Part shown: positions 63,519 to 64,000 of the stretch, one piece after another
Layout: each line of letters starts with the position of its first letter
Position numbering within the stretch: the stretch's first letter is position 1
NCBI GenBank assembly: GCA_046081705.1
Contig: JBJTWK010000081.1
Location: 26,680-90,679, forward strand
Length of the DNA: 64,000 nucleotides
Origin: Actinomycetes bacterium
Lineage (GTDB): Bacteria; Actinomycetota; Acidimicrobiia; IMCC26256
Reading direction: 5' to 3'
The notes under the pieces: generated by a model
Database searches by the model: none
The model's input: the letters and a program-made list of their open reading frames with translations, nothing else
Told to the model about the DNA's origin: nothing
Made by a program: the position numbers and the translations under genes

Positions 63519-64000
63519 ATGCGTCGACTCGCCATCTTGGTGGTGCGCCGACGGTGGTGGGTGATCGTCGCCGCAGCGATCCTCCTGCCGCTCGCGGCGT
63601 TCGTCGCCAAGGACACTGCGCACCACCTCTCACCGACGGGGTATCAGGACCCCGGCGCGGAGTCGTCGCGGGCGACGCGCTCCATCACCGCGGAGTTCCC
63701 CGACGCCGCCCAGTCCGACTTCGTCGTCATCGTGACCGCGCGTGATCCGGGCAAGGTGGACGCTCCCGAGGTCGCCACCGCCGCGGCCGCGCTCGCCGAA
63801 CGCCTCGGGCGCGCTGAGGGCGTCGCCTCGGTCAACTCGTACTGGTCGCTCGGCAATGCACCGCCGCTGCGCAGCCGTGACGGCTCCAAGGCACTCATCG
63901 TGTCCGCACTCCGCGGGGACGAGGGCGAGAAGACGGAACGCGCACTCGAACTCCTCAAGGAGTTCACGGTTCGCAACGACCGAATCTCGACCGCCATCTC
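63519..64000 (+). CDS. MMPL family transporter (5' part; runs off the window)
   Basis: My translation: MRRLAILVVRRRWWVIVAAAILL...GYQDPGAESSRA...SYWSLGNAPPLRSRDGSKALI. Confidence 0.88.
   Translation, partial: MRRLAILVVRRRWWVIVAAAILLPLAAFVAKDTAHHLSPTGYQDPGAESSRATRSITAEFPDAAQSDFVVIVTARDPGKVDAPEVATAAAALAERLGRAEGVASVNSYWSLGNAPPLRSRDGSKALIVSALRGDEGEKTERALELLKEFTVRNDRISTAI

Overview
High-GC actinobacterial chromosome segment, most consistent with Acidimicrobiia by gene content and protein style (inference). It is gene-dense, with no rRNA, CRISPR array, integrase or transposase visible. Left part: HPF/S30EA-like hibernation factor with a DosR-type box, a secreted glycoside hydrolase, a formylglycine-generating enzyme, a Liv-type ABC importer, a MacAB-like ABC exporter whose adaptor carries Calx-beta domains and which is coupled to an OafA-SGNH acyltransferase, a molybdopterin oxidoreductase and xth. 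Middle: tRNA-Arg(ACG), tRNA-Ser(GCT) and tRNA-Ser(TGA) interleaved with accessory genes (including a 557-aa protein with a possible RelE-like C-terminus), then serS, pheA, pgi, coaA, an NlpC/P60 hydrolase, a glycosyltransferase cluster, ppa and a carotenoid-oxygenase/thiolase operon. Right part (48.4-63.4 kb): five co-oriented genes encoding a stand-alone cNMP-binding protein, a cNMP-patatin, a ~2265-aa secreted propeller/C25-like protease/Calx-beta protein with a PGGTKLR heptad repeat, a double-cyclase-STAND-TPR protein and a GAF-GGDEF(degenerate)-EAL protein. This is the best candidate for an undescribed cyclic-nucleotide system. All product calls come from motif recognition by eye, without database searches. 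Start codons were chosen from RBS or leaderless geometry and may shift slightly.
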